Shown here piece by piece: positions 1 through 9,900 of a stretch of DNA of 64,000 nt. Below the pieces are notes generated by a model. That model made no database searches. It saw nothing but the letters and a program-made list of their open reading frames with translations, and was not told the DNA's origin. Each line of letters opens with the position of its first letter. Within the stretch, counting starts at the first letter, position 1. Source of the stretch: a virus; the IMG/VR virus record IMGVR_UViG_3300035684_000001, positions 64,001 to 128,000 of that record, one strand, 5' to 3'. The translations under genes were made by a program, and so were the position numbers.

Positions 1-3000
1 CGCTATCAGTTTTAGCGTCGTGGATAAAGGCTATTTCTTTGGCAGGAATGCCCAGCGCAATTAAAATATCGCGCAGGGAAGTGTACGCTTCAAAGATTTT
101 GCCGTCTTTGGGTGTTGAGAAATCGCAAAAAATAGCTTGTGTTGCTTTTGCTGCGGTTCCCATTTTCCAAATACGGTATACGTTGAGGGCGCAAGTATTT
201 ATTTTGTTAAAAATAAAGTCCTTGCCATCCTTCCACCGCAGCCGGATGTCGATACCGAAGGCGGCGCGGGCATCCGTGTAAACCTTTAGAGCATTGTCCT
301 CGTCAGGTGTTACTAACCTCTTCTGAATGTAATGCAGTCGTTCAATCAGGTAGTTCATGTAAGCTGCCTGTTCGGTCGATGCCGGACATTCAACAGGGAT
401 TATTTCGTGGTTGGGCGCTGGTAGAGCCAGCATTTTGGCTGATTGTACATCTACGAACGATCGCCACAGCGACATGAATACTTGTAAATTCACGATACCG
501 CTGCACCGAGTTCGAGTTTTGTACCCAGTAGGAGTCTGTTCGGCGCTCGTCGTCAGATTGAAGAAAGTTGACAAACACGAATCGAAGGATTCAATGCCTG
601 CTTTCTTCAGCATGGACGGCGCTAGATAGCGCATCATTGTCCAAGACTCGACCAGCGTGTTCGATACTGGTGTTCCTGTGGCAAAGACGACTTTCTTTTT
701 CGTAGATAGCATCCACTGAACTTTCATATAGCAGTCAAAACTGCGAGACGTAAGTGTCCCGCCGTTCTTTCTGCTGTAGAAAGACGTGTTTGGTAGACCT
801 GCTACGTTGGTTTGCCTCGTGTGATAAGGCAAGTTCTTAAAGGCGTGAGCTTCATCTATAAATAAAGCGTCAATCCCAGTTTGTTCGAGGTAGATTACCC
901 CGTCTCCGTTTTGGTTGGCTGCTTCAATAGCTGCTGCAATCTTGGATTCGATCCTTTCTTTTGCTTTTGCAACTTGTTTGATCGATTTTTTGTCGCCACT
1001 TTCTATTGTTTCTAGTAAAAATTGATTGGCTATTTCTAGCTCTCTTTCTAGAAAAACAAGAGTTGATTCTGGCGACAGAGATATACCTGTCTTGAATTGA
1101 GTATGCGTGATTATCACGCAATCCCAATCTCCCATAGCTATTTCCGTACAAAACCGTTTGCGGTTGTCCGGCGACAGCGATTCTTGGGTTGACACTTTCA
1201 ATTTGGCAAATGGATACAACCGTCGAAACTCTGCTTCTATTCCTGAAATCGTAGAATTAAGAACCACGATCATGGGTTTATTTGCGAGTCCTAATCGACG
1301 TAACTCCATAGCGCTGGCGACCATTGCGGCGGTTTTGCCTGCTCCGACGGAGTGACTGTATAAAACAGATTCTTCTTGGAGCGTTCGCCAGATGGCGTTT
1401 TTCTGGTGCGATCGCCAGATAAAATCTGGATTAGCATCAGCGAGTGTTAATACTTCGCCTCGGTATTTGCGATCTACAAAGCAGTTAAACTGCTCGTTAT
1501 AGAGTCGCGTAATATGTTCGGCGCGATCAACATCGAGGTAAAGCCATTCTGCAAATTTTTGTTTGATTTCTTGCATTTTGGCTCTGGCATTTTCCGTTTC
1601 TTGTACGTTGACAACTGCTTTTTTGTCAACTATGTCTTTGATAACGGGGTCTTTTTGACTTAATCCCATTTCCAACAACGTTAAGAAATCAGCTTTTGGA
1701 GTACCCCATTGCTGCTTGTTTGCAGCGCTTCGGTCGATTGAGTAATAGGGTGTGATTCTATAGTAGTCGATCGGGTGCGGGATGTATGTGATTTCTACAG
1801 GTGCATCCATCAAATGAGATGCAAATTGCCCGTAGTAATGGGCTGGAACCCAAGTTGAGCCGAACAGAACTTGGTAATAGATCGAAATATCCGGTTCGCA
1901 CTTGGATGCTCCAATGCGGGTTGCAACTTCCGCTCTGGTTTCGGTACTGGCTTTTGGCAGAAAATATAGAGGTTGAATTAATTCCAGCGCTTCTATGTTT
2001 TTGAAATTGCCAGCCAACTGGGCGATCGCCAGTTTTTCTCGAACGTTGCCGCTGAGATACTCCTCAGCAGACACCCAGGTTGAGGTATTTGTGTCGAAGA
2101 AAGCTGACGAACTTTTTTCCAGTTCGTCGATTACCCCTTCGCCGCGCAGTTTGATTAGAAAATCGGTATCGATCGCCCCAAATTGATTTAGGGATAGAAT
2201 GATCGCGTCTTCGATTGAATCTGCGGACTCAGGAGTTATTTGCGGTGAAGCTGTACGCTTTGTGAATATGTCAGCTTTCGAGAAATGCTGTGTGCTTTTT
2301 AACAGATCTTTGAAGCTGTAGCCACACTGTTGTGTTGGAACCTCCAGCGCCATTAATAAATAGTATCGGGGGTCGCTACAGCAAATTTTGATGTTTGACG
2401 GGCTATTGAGATAGCCGTATTTTTTGATCCAGCGGTCGTAGGAATCGTTGAGATCCTTTCGACCTTCGATCAATCGATCTTTGTCTTGACCTTGTTGAGC
2501 CTTCAGAAGTTTTTCCAAATCTCCCCACAGCTTGAGCATGGAGTCAATTTTTTCAACTTCCTTGACTACTTCAAAGGCTTTAAATTCTCTTTTCTGCCAC
2601 AGTTTCTGGTTTTTCCAAAAAAAGTGATTGTGGGGGATGCAAGTGACCTCTGGGTCTGCCATTACAATTGTTTGAGTTTTTGCGGGTTCGTACTGCACGT
2701 CAAACTCTTTGAAGCAGCGGACTATTTCTTGCGACAAGTCGCGATCGTCACCTTTGAGGGCTATGCGTCCTCCGTATAATTCACACTCAGCAGATTCGCC
2801 GAGCATCATTGACGGATTGAACAAATAGTACCCGTTTAGAGGTAAATGCCTTACCTTTCCTAGGCTTTTTACATCACCTAGTTTGTCAAAAATTTCTTTA
2901 ATCCATTCGTTGTTTTTAGACTTGAGATGATCGGGCAGGAGGTGTGCAAATGTTTTTGCAAAAGGATCTCCCTTTACGATCGTCTGGATTACTGGTGATA

Positions 3001-3790
3001 CAGTCCAAACCTTATTTATACAAGGCTCTTTTTTGAACACCAAAATATCGGTTGTTATTTCCGTGTTCTCCTCCAGAAAAGTCGTATTTGGTAGGCGGAT
3101 TGCGCCTACTAATTCGACCGAATTACTGAGAAGTTCGCGGAAACCATTGCCACGGGCATCTAGAGTGCCTGACGTAGTTATCAGGACTATGAATCCGCCT
3201 GGGCGTACTAAATCCACTGACCTGTTAATAAAGTAGTTGTGGATATGTAAGTTCCCGATCTTGACATCTCCGAATGGGATGTTGCCGATCGCCAGATCGA
3301 ACAATCCCTCGCAATTAAAATCTTGAAATTTTTCGTTCACTATTTTTGCCTGCGGGTGAATCGCGTGGGCGATCGCTGCGGGAATGATATCCCGCTCTAT
3401 TCCAATCCAATCTATATCTAGATCGGGCGGAGCGCATTCAATAAACCGCCCAATACCGCACCCCGGCTCAAGGGCGTTAATTTTACCTCTCAAGCCGAGT
3501 GCGACTAATCCGTCCCACATGGCTTTTACCACGGGGAACGAAGTGTAATGGGCGTTAAACGTGGAAGCTTGCGCCTCTGCGTATTCTTTTTTTGTGAGCA
3601 ACGTTTGGAGTTCGTTGCGAATGTCTTGTCGCCATCCACATTTGGATGTATCAAAGACATCGGCGATCGCGCCCCAACCCGTAAATCTTGCAAGGATTGC
3701 TCTTTCTTCTTGCGAAGGGAGTTTTCCGCACAGAGATTTTAGGACTTGCACTGCTTTGAGGTTTGCACGTCCGATTGCTTCGTTATTCAT
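1..3790 (-). CDS. DarB-like N6-adenine DNA methyltransferase / SNF2 helicase fusion (3' end runs off the window start)
   Basis: Absent from the ORF track because it has no stop in the window. Hand translation from ATG 3790 gives MNNEAIGRANLKAVQVL..ARFTGWG..NAHYT..LEPGCGIG (SAM motif I)..GNIPFG (motif IV). In the same frame are HSVGAGKT (Walker A, ~1331-1354), FIDEAHAFKNL (~835-865) and ATGTPVSNTLVESWTMMRYL (~625-685). Over 1,260 codons. Confidence 0.88.
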   Translation of the reverse strand, partial: MNNEAIGRANLKAVQVLKSLCGKLPSQEERAILARFTGWGAIADVFDTSKCGWRQDIRNELQTLLTKKEYAEAQASTFNAHYTSFPVVKAMWDGLVALGLRGKINALEPGCGIGRFIECAPPDLDIDWIGIERDIIPAAIAHAIHPQAKIVNEKFQDFNCEGLFDLAIGNIPFGDVKIGNLHIHNYFINRSVDLVRPGGFIVLITTSGTLDARGNGFRELLSNSVELVGAIRLPNTTFLEENTEITTDILVFKKEPCINKVWTVSPVIQTIVKGDPFAKTFAHLLPDHLKSKNNEWIKEIFDKLGDVKSLGKVRHLPLNGYYLFNPSMMLGESAECELYGGRIALKGDDRDLSQEIVRCFKEFDVQYEPAKTQTIVMADPEVTCIPHNHFFWKNQKLWQKREFKAFEVVKEVEKIDSMLKLWGDLEKLLKAQQGQDKDRLIEGRKDLNDSYDRWIKKYGYLNSPSNIKICCSDPRYYLLMALEVPTQQCGYSFKDLLKSTQHFSKADIFTKRTASPQITPESADSIEDAIILSLNQFGAIDTDFLIKLRGEGVIDELEKSSSAFFDTNTSTWVSAEEYLSGNVREKLAIAQLAGNFKNIEALELIQPLYFLPKASTETRAEVATRIGASKCEPDISIYYQVLFGSTWVPAHYYGQFASHLMDAPVEITYIPHPIDYYRITPYYSIDRSAANKQQWGTPKADFLTLLEMGLSQKDPVIKDIVDKKAVVNVQETENARAKMQEIKQKFAEWLYLDVDRAEHITRLYNEQFNCFVDRKYRGEVLTLADANPDFIWRSHQKNAIWRTLQEESVLYSHSVGAGKTAAMVASAMELRRLGLANKPMIVVLNSTISGIEAEFRRLYPFAKLKVSTQESLSPDNRKRFCTEIAMGDWDCVIITHTQFKTGISLSPESTLVFLERELEIANQFLLETIESGDKKSIKQVAKAKERIESKIAAAIEAANQNGDGVIYLEQTGIDALFIDEAHAFKNLPYHTRQTNVAGLPNTSFYSRKNGGTLTSRSFDCYMKVQWMLSTKKKVVFATGTPVSNTLVESWTMMRYLAPSMLKKAGIESFDSCLSTFFNLTTSAEQTPTGYKTRTRCSGIVNLQVFMSLWRSFVDVQSAKMLALPAPNHEIIPVECPASTEQAAYMNYLIERLHYIQKRLVTPDEDNALKVYTDARAAFGIDIRLRWKDGKDFIFNKINTCALNVYRIWKMGTAAKATQAIFCDFSTPKDGKIFEAYTSLRDILIALGIPAKEIAFIHDAKTDS

Positions 3791-3889
3791 TGTTTTTAAT
3801 TGTTTTGAATGCTTACCTCTTTATTATACTCTATTCAAATAATATATGATATAATACGAGAGTAAATACAAAAACAAAGGTATTTTATC

Positions 3890-5305
3890 ATGTCAATTAA
3901 AGAATTTTCCAATCTTCTTTCTGACTCTTCTACCGCCATTTGCGCGTACAACGGTTTTGGCAAACTCAAGATTTTTGCTGAAATTGGCGGCGTGACCCAG
4001 ATGATCAAAGTTTCAGTTGAAGGAGGAGAAATCCCTTGGACTGGAAAAGCAAGCAAAGAAATTCTTCAACATATTAACCAAACGATCGGTCAAGACAGTG
4101 GATTTATCTTCGATCCGGCTACAAAAATAGTAGCAACCGATCGCGAATTGTTCCACTCGTCAGACGAGTATGAAATTCCGAGTTTTAATCCAAGCGACAA
4201 TCAAATTGCAGAAATCGCTACTATTTCACTTATTACTAAAGAATGGAAAGCGATCAACAAGTTTGGCGCGATCGCCAAAGACAAGGTGTATATCCAGGTA
4301 ACTGGAAATATCTTATCTTTGTCGGCGATCGCGCCTGATGGATTGATTGTAACTAATACGGTCGTCCTAGAGCATCCGCTCCAGGACGAGCAATCGATAA
4401 ATTTCAGTATTCCCAAACAAGCGCTGTTCGAGGCAGAATCTGTTGCTATCGAAATAGGCTCAGAAAAGATACTGATCGAGTCGAGCGATCGCGCATCTAT
4501 ATGGACGATCAACATCGATGAGCCAGCCTTTTTTCCGGGGTTGATTCCAGAAGGCGCGATCGAAATAGGTATCGCCCGCAAAGACTTAAACCCCCTTCTC
4601 GAAAAAGGAGGCTCTGTAAAAATTAACATCAATAAAAACAAAGGTGTTCAATTAAAAAGTACCAATGGAAAGCAGATGTTAATTCAAATAGACATCTCTT
4701 GCGACGTACCCCCGCGCACGTCATTTCAAGTGATGGCGGAAGCCCTTGAATCAGCTATCAAGCTAATTGGGACGGCGAAGCTCATAACGCTAGCCCTCCC
4801 TGTAGGGCTGCAATATATAGCAGTTTCCGCTGCTGCCGTGCGATGTCTGTTGCCAACAGTCGTCGGTGCAGCTAAAGCGCTGACAGCAAAAGAAGTGATT
4901 TCCCCAGATCCAATAGTTTTGGAATCCGAGTCTACCACTGTCGAAGTGGACGGATCTGAAGTCACGATGACGGTTTCAACCGTCGAACAACTCGACATTT
5001 CGCAGTCTGTCGAACCGAATTCTCGACAGGAGGCGATCAACAAACTTGAAGAAGCAACCGAATCAGCTAAAGAAGCGATCGCTCGCATCCCTGTTGGTTC
5101 GGAACTAGAGGTCGCTAAACAGGCGATCAAGGAAACTCTCGTAGAGCAAGCACAAGCTGTGCTTGACGCAGAAAAGAAAGGATGTCCCTTCTCGAAAGAG
5201 GATGTCAAAAAAATAACAAATGCGATCGTTCGCGCGATCGCCCGGATTGAGTCAATACGCCTCAATATGCAAACCTGGGAACTCCAGGTAACGTTCCGAA
5301 GGTAA
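3890..5305 (+). CDS. Divergent DNA polymerase III beta-clamp-like protein with C-terminal helical extension
   Basis: Motifs fall in DnaN order: DEYEIPSF, LSLSAIAPDG (ATDG-like), FSIPKQALFE, DEPAFFPGLIP (G.FPDY..VIP-like), FQVMAEALESAI, CLLPTV. About 140 extra acidic/helical residues follow. Confidence 0.5.
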   Translation: MSIKEFSNLLSDSSTAICAYNGFGKLKIFAEIGGVTQMIKVSVEGGEIPWTGKASKEILQHINQTIGQDSGFIFDPATKIVATDRELFHSSDEYEIPSFNPSDNQIAEIATISLITKEWKAINKFGAIAKDKVYIQVTGNILSLSAIAPDGLIVTNTVVLEHPLQDEQSINFSIPKQALFEAESVAIEIGSEKILIESSDRASIWTINIDEPAFFPGLIPEGAIEIGIARKDLNPLLEKGGSVKININKNKGVQLKSTNGKQMLIQIDISCDVPPRTSFQVMAEALESAIKLIGTAKLITLALPVGLQYIAVSAAAVRCLLPTVVGAAKALTAKEVISPDPIVLESESTTVEVDGSEVTMTVSTVEQLDISQSVEPNSRQEAINKLEEATESAKEAIARIPVGSELEVAKQAIKETLVEQAQAVLDAEKKGCPFSKEDVKKITNAIVRAIARIESIRLNMQTWELQVTFRR

Positions 5306-5349
5306 CAAATAGGGGACGCATTCAAATACTGAATGCGTCCCCTATTTGT
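5305..5349. terminator. Bidirectional intrinsic terminator
   Basis: Perfect 20-bp inverted repeat ACAAATAGGGGACGCATTCA-aatac-TGAATGCGTCCCCTATTTGT between convergent genes. Confidence 0.85.
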
Positions 5350-5354
5350 TTGAT

Positions 5355-5543
5355 TTATTCTAAAATAGAATCGCTATTAAACATCCTCCCAAAAAGATCA
5401 AAGACAGCTTCTTTCGTGGTTGTTGAGTGTGTTTTTAGTAAGTCCTCACATAATAAATCAAATTCTGTCTCATCCTCAGTTTCTACAAAGATTTCACAAA
5501 TTTTCGTCAATAGATCGTCTATTATTTTACTATCGGCTATCAT
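5355..5543 (-). CDS. Small acidic hypothetical protein
   Basis: 62-aa ORF with an ATG preceded by the same A/C-rich leader as other accessory genes; it ends at the terminator. Confidence 0.55.
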   Translation of the reverse strand: MIADSKIIDDLLTKICEIFVETEDETEFDLLCEDLLKTHSTTTKEAVFDLFGRMFNSDSILE

Positions 5544-5596
5544 GTTTTTGTTTTGGTAGATAGATTATTACAACTGTAACACAACCTACTGCTTGT

Positions 5597-6916
5597 TTAA
5601 GGATGTGGTACAAGCTTACCGTTTTTAACGATAGCTCGCATACTGTCATTTTCTGTTTCCGCAAATCCCATTAACTTATAGAAAGTAACTCGCTTTTCTT
5701 TATAACCATCTTCTGCGTGTGGATGACAATCGAAAATTGTTCCATCTGGCGATTTTTTGACATCTTCTTTAAGAAGCGCCCGCAATTTATACATAATAGC
5801 TTTACTCTCTTCAGGTTTCAATGGCTTTTTGTCAAATGAATCGTTAACTTTAAAATCAATAGTTTTCATTAAAAATTCAATACCTTCCTCGGCTTCTTCT
5901 GTACTTGAATTTACAGTAAACGCTACCTTATTTTTTCCAACCTTAAATGTAGATATTGTACTATTTATTTCAATGTCACCTAGTGCAGATTTTAAGATTT
6001 TTTTCTGTTTTACCTGCTTAAAATTTTCTACTAATGATTTTGTTAAAGTTTTTGCTTCTTTCTTTAACCCTTCAGCAACAATTTTTTTTGCTCCCAATTC
6101 TGCTATTTTTTTAGCTGCTAATCTAATAACTTGGTCAGATGCAATTCCTGCTACTAGCAGAACACCAACCTTGAGGACTGGATTGTCAACTTTGGCTTTG
6201 TCTAACCCTTTTTCTGCACCTTTATAAACTGCTTCTCCTAAAACAGCACTAGCAATTGCGTGGTTTAACGATTCTTTCAACAATAGTCCTATCGTAACAC
6301 CTATACCAACATTGATTGCTATGTTCGTAACGAGTGGAATAGATGCTCTAATAGACTTACCAACTAATTCCTGTTGCTGCGGTGGCGTGTATTTTTCGGG
6401 GTTTGCCAAAGCTTCTGTGTAGAGTTGATATTTGGCAACAGCAAATTCCATTTTTTCTGCAAACGAGCTATTTGCGAGTGGCTCAAGTCCATCAGATTTA
6501 CGAATAGCTTGGGCAAGCGGGTCTTTGTCTCCCCCATAATCTTTTGCCAATTTATCCGCAGATTGTTGAACAAAGCCATCTATTTTTTTCTCTAATTCCG
6601 GAGTTTTTTCTATAGCTTTTGATGTAGCCTTGATTATTTCAGCTATCCCCATTCCTGCAGAAAGTCCGACTCTTTCTCTGAATCCTGGGTCTGTAAGGGA
6701 TAGTTTAATCACATCTTTTGTGATGCCGACTGTTTTAACTGTGGAATCAATTACATCCTTTGCCTCTTTAGTTACTTTAACTGTACCACCACCAAATCTA
6801 CCATTTTCACCTCGGTTTACCCAGTCAGGGTCTTTGTCCCAACCTTCAGCTTTGATCGTCAATTGAATTCCGAGTAGCTGTAATTGGGCTTTTGCTACCG
6901 ATCCTCTTAAATCCAT
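5597..6916 (-). CDS. Putative virion-associated protein with N-terminal R..NGRF motif and C-terminal GNAT-like domain
   Basis: ORF 5597..6934, likely ATG at 6916. Contains DWVNRGENGRFGGG, a hydrophobic middle, and C-terminal RVTFYKLMGF (FY..xGF, GNAT-like). Confidence 0.5.
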   Translation of the reverse strand: MDLRGSVAKAQLQLLGIQLTIKAEGWDKDPDWVNRGENGRFGGGTVKVTKEAKDVIDSTVKTVGITKDVIKLSLTDPGFRERVGLSAGMGIAEIIKATSKAIEKTPELEKKIDGFVQQSADKLAKDYGGDKDPLAQAIRKSDGLEPLANSSFAEKMEFAVAKYQLYTEALANPEKYTPPQQQELVGKSIRASIPLVTNIAINVGIGVTIGLLLKESLNHAIASAVLGEAVYKGAEKGLDKAKVDNPVLKVGVLLVAGIASDQVIRLAAKKIAELGAKKIVAEGLKKEAKTLTKSLVENFKQVKQKKILKSALGDIEINSTISTFKVGKNKVAFTVNSSTEEAEEGIEFLMKTIDFKVNDSFDKKPLKPEESKAIMYKLRALLKEDVKKSPDGTIFDCHPHAEDGYKEKRVTFYKLMGFAETENDSMRAIVKNGKLVPHP

Positions 6917-6920
6917 ATTT

Positions 6921-9900
6921 TTGGTACAATTCAATGAAACTAATATATCACGCTACGCAGGCCACCCCACCCAATGGGGCGGCTTTTGTTGTTTGGGGGG
7001 AATTTTGGAAGAGAGTCTGGATCGGTACGGCTTAGTCGGTCAGTTTAATTTCTTAGTTGCAGACGGCAGTTTTTCTTCCATGAAATCTGTTGTCAAACAC
7101 CTGAGCAACATGGAGAAGGCTGTTGCAGACGCTTCCAAATCCGTAGACAGCAACGGGCTAGCAGGTCAATTTAAATCTGCAGCCCGATCGCTCGACACCT
7201 CCTCCGGCAACATGGCAAAGAGCTTGCAGCCTTTAAAAGCTGAGTTTAGGGTGTTAAAAGCTACTGCGGCAAATATTGATTTTGGAGATGTGCTGGACGA
7301 TCGCCAGTTCAAAAAAGCTACAACTGCTGTCAACACTTACGTTAAAAATCTCAAAGAATTAAGAAAGCAAGTTCAGGGCGAAACGGCAGCGGAGCGGGAG
7401 TTTACGGAAGTCCTCAAACGGCAGCAGCGCGTTATTAAGGACAAACTTGCTTTGCACGATGCTGAGCGCAAGGCTGCGTTTTTCTCTCAAAGAAAGGGTG
7501 AGTTTGGGGCGCTGCAACAAGTTGGGAATATAGCACTCAATCCGCTGAAGCAAGCCGGAAAAGAAGCCATTCAAGTTTTTGCTGGTTTTGACGACAAGAT
7601 GAGCGCGGTGGCAGCTATCTCGCGATCAACGGGCAAGGATTTAGATCGGTTGCGGGGTAAGGCTAAGTTATTGGGGGCGACGACTCGATTTACCGCAGGA
7701 GAGGCTGCGGATGCCGAAAAATACTTGGCGGCAGCGGGCTTTAACGCTCAACAGATTTTTGCAGGCGTTCCTGCAACTTTGGATTTAGCTTCGGCGGGAC
7801 AACTGGGATTGGCGGAATCGGCTGACATCGCTTCCAACGTGCTCAGCGGGATGCGGATGGGCGTTAGCGATTTAGGTCACATTACCGATGTTATGGCGTT
7901 GTCGGCTGCTAGCGCAAATACCAACATTCAGCAGTTGGGTGTAGCGATGAGCTACGCTGCTCCCAATGCTGCACTGTTTGGTGCGGGAATAGAAGAAACC
8001 TCTGCTTTAATTGGGGTGATGTCAAATGCGGGGATTCAGTCCGACAAGGCAGGAACGGCTGCAAGAGGAGCTTTTTTAAAGTTGGCCGCACCTACGGTCA
8101 GAGGTCGAATGGCTTTAATTCAATATGGAATTTCGCTGACCGACACCAGCGGTAAAATGCGGAATATCGTTGATGTGATGCAGGATATCGGTACAAACCT
8201 GCAATTAGATCCAGCTTCTTTAGACTCGATAATTCAAGCTGGCGATGACGTAGAAAAACTGGGACAACTTGCCCAGTCAAAGCAAATTTCTGCATTAAAA
8301 GATATTTTTGGCACAACTGGAATTTCGGGGGCATCGGCCGCAATCAGCCAAATGCAAGAATTTACTCGTCTGAGTTTGGCGGGTAGGGGCAGCTCTTTTG
8401 CTATTGAAGACTACGAAAAATTATTTAAATCTCAGGGTATTGATAAATTAGCCACAGATAAAGATGTTTTCGCTTCGCTGCTGCGAGAAGCGGGCAGCTA
8501 TCAAGATGCGCTACAAAAATTAGATGCTGCTACGATCGCCTTAGTTAAATCCAATGAATATTTAGGAAATCTTTCGAGCACCCAGCTAAGTCAATTGTCA
8601 GGATATTTCCAAATACCCGAAGGTGAGAATTTATTTGATGCGATTTTGGCGACTGCTCCCGACGCGAATGCGGCAGTCAGCAAGCTAACCTCAGCGATGG
8701 GCGAATTAGGGATTGAATTTAAGGGAAAATCCGGCGCAGCGAAAACGATGGCGCAGGTGATGGAAAACAACCTGGCCGGTTCTTTCCGATCGCTCGGTTC
8801 TGCGTTTGAAGCAGTTCAGGTCAATTTGATCGAACCGATCGCCCCAATCGTGCGGGCGATCTCCGACACATTAACTAAGTTGCTGCTGGCGATCGCCAAC
8901 CTTCCTTCCCCAATTCGAGGATTGATTGCCGGAGTTGGGGTGCTTACCGCAGGGTTTGCAGCGGTATCGGTTGCAGTCGGAACAGTTGGTGTAGTGCTGT
9001 TTGGATTTTCGCAAGCTGCGGCAACCGCGACTGCTGCGGGAATTGCACTGCAAGCTAGCGTGATTCCGCTGACCGGATTTTTCCCGGCGGCGATGGCGGC
9101 TTTTGAGGGTACGGCGTCCAACCCGTTCAAGACTGCCTCGTTTGCTGCGGAAGCTTTTTCGGACACGATCGCCTCTACGTCCAAAGATGTCAACTTGGGA
9201 TTGAACGGGATTGCTCGAAATATTGCGGTAGTTTCGAGGTCGCTGATTTCGATGTCGGTATCGTTTGCTCTGTCTCCAATGGGAATCGCGATTGCAAGCT
9301 TCCTTGCACTTAATGCTATTTTGCAACAAATTAACCCAGAAATTAATTTGCTGGGTACTATTTTCAGCGCCGTCAGTTCCATCGCTGGTTTTGCAGTTGG
9401 AATAATTCAAGGATTTGGCGAAGCGCTGCTCGCTGCACTAGATGTTCCAACATCTGTTGCAGGTTCGATGTTGACCGCTCCGTTTGCAGCAGTCAGCAGC
9501 GCTATAGAATATGCAACTGTGGCTTTTGAAACTTGGCGGAAATCCGGGCGGGCGATCGGGGTCGATATTTTTAAATTTGTAGCGCAGCCGTTTCAGCTTG
9601 CAGGCAGGGCGATCGAGACTTCATGGAACTTCACACTGAACTATATCAAGGGCTTGCTGACGCCTTTTGCTGGCTTCGTAGCTCGGATTGGCAAATTGCT
9701 GCAAGGGGGTCTAGCTGAGGCATCGCCGGGTCCGACCTACATGATTCGGGAAAAGTGGGATTACACGATCGCCTTTTTGGAAAAGCTGTTCACCAGAATT
9801 AGAAACGCTGCAGGTTTAGTTAATCGGGCTTTTTTAGGTATTGGAAGTGTAACAGAATCCTCGAAGATGGAAGCTCAGCAACAAATATTGCAAGGGGCGA

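Noticed and set aside
39-3842. Short ORFs listed by the track across 1-3.8 kb
   Set aside because: All overlap the long minus-strand methylase-helicase frame that explains the region.
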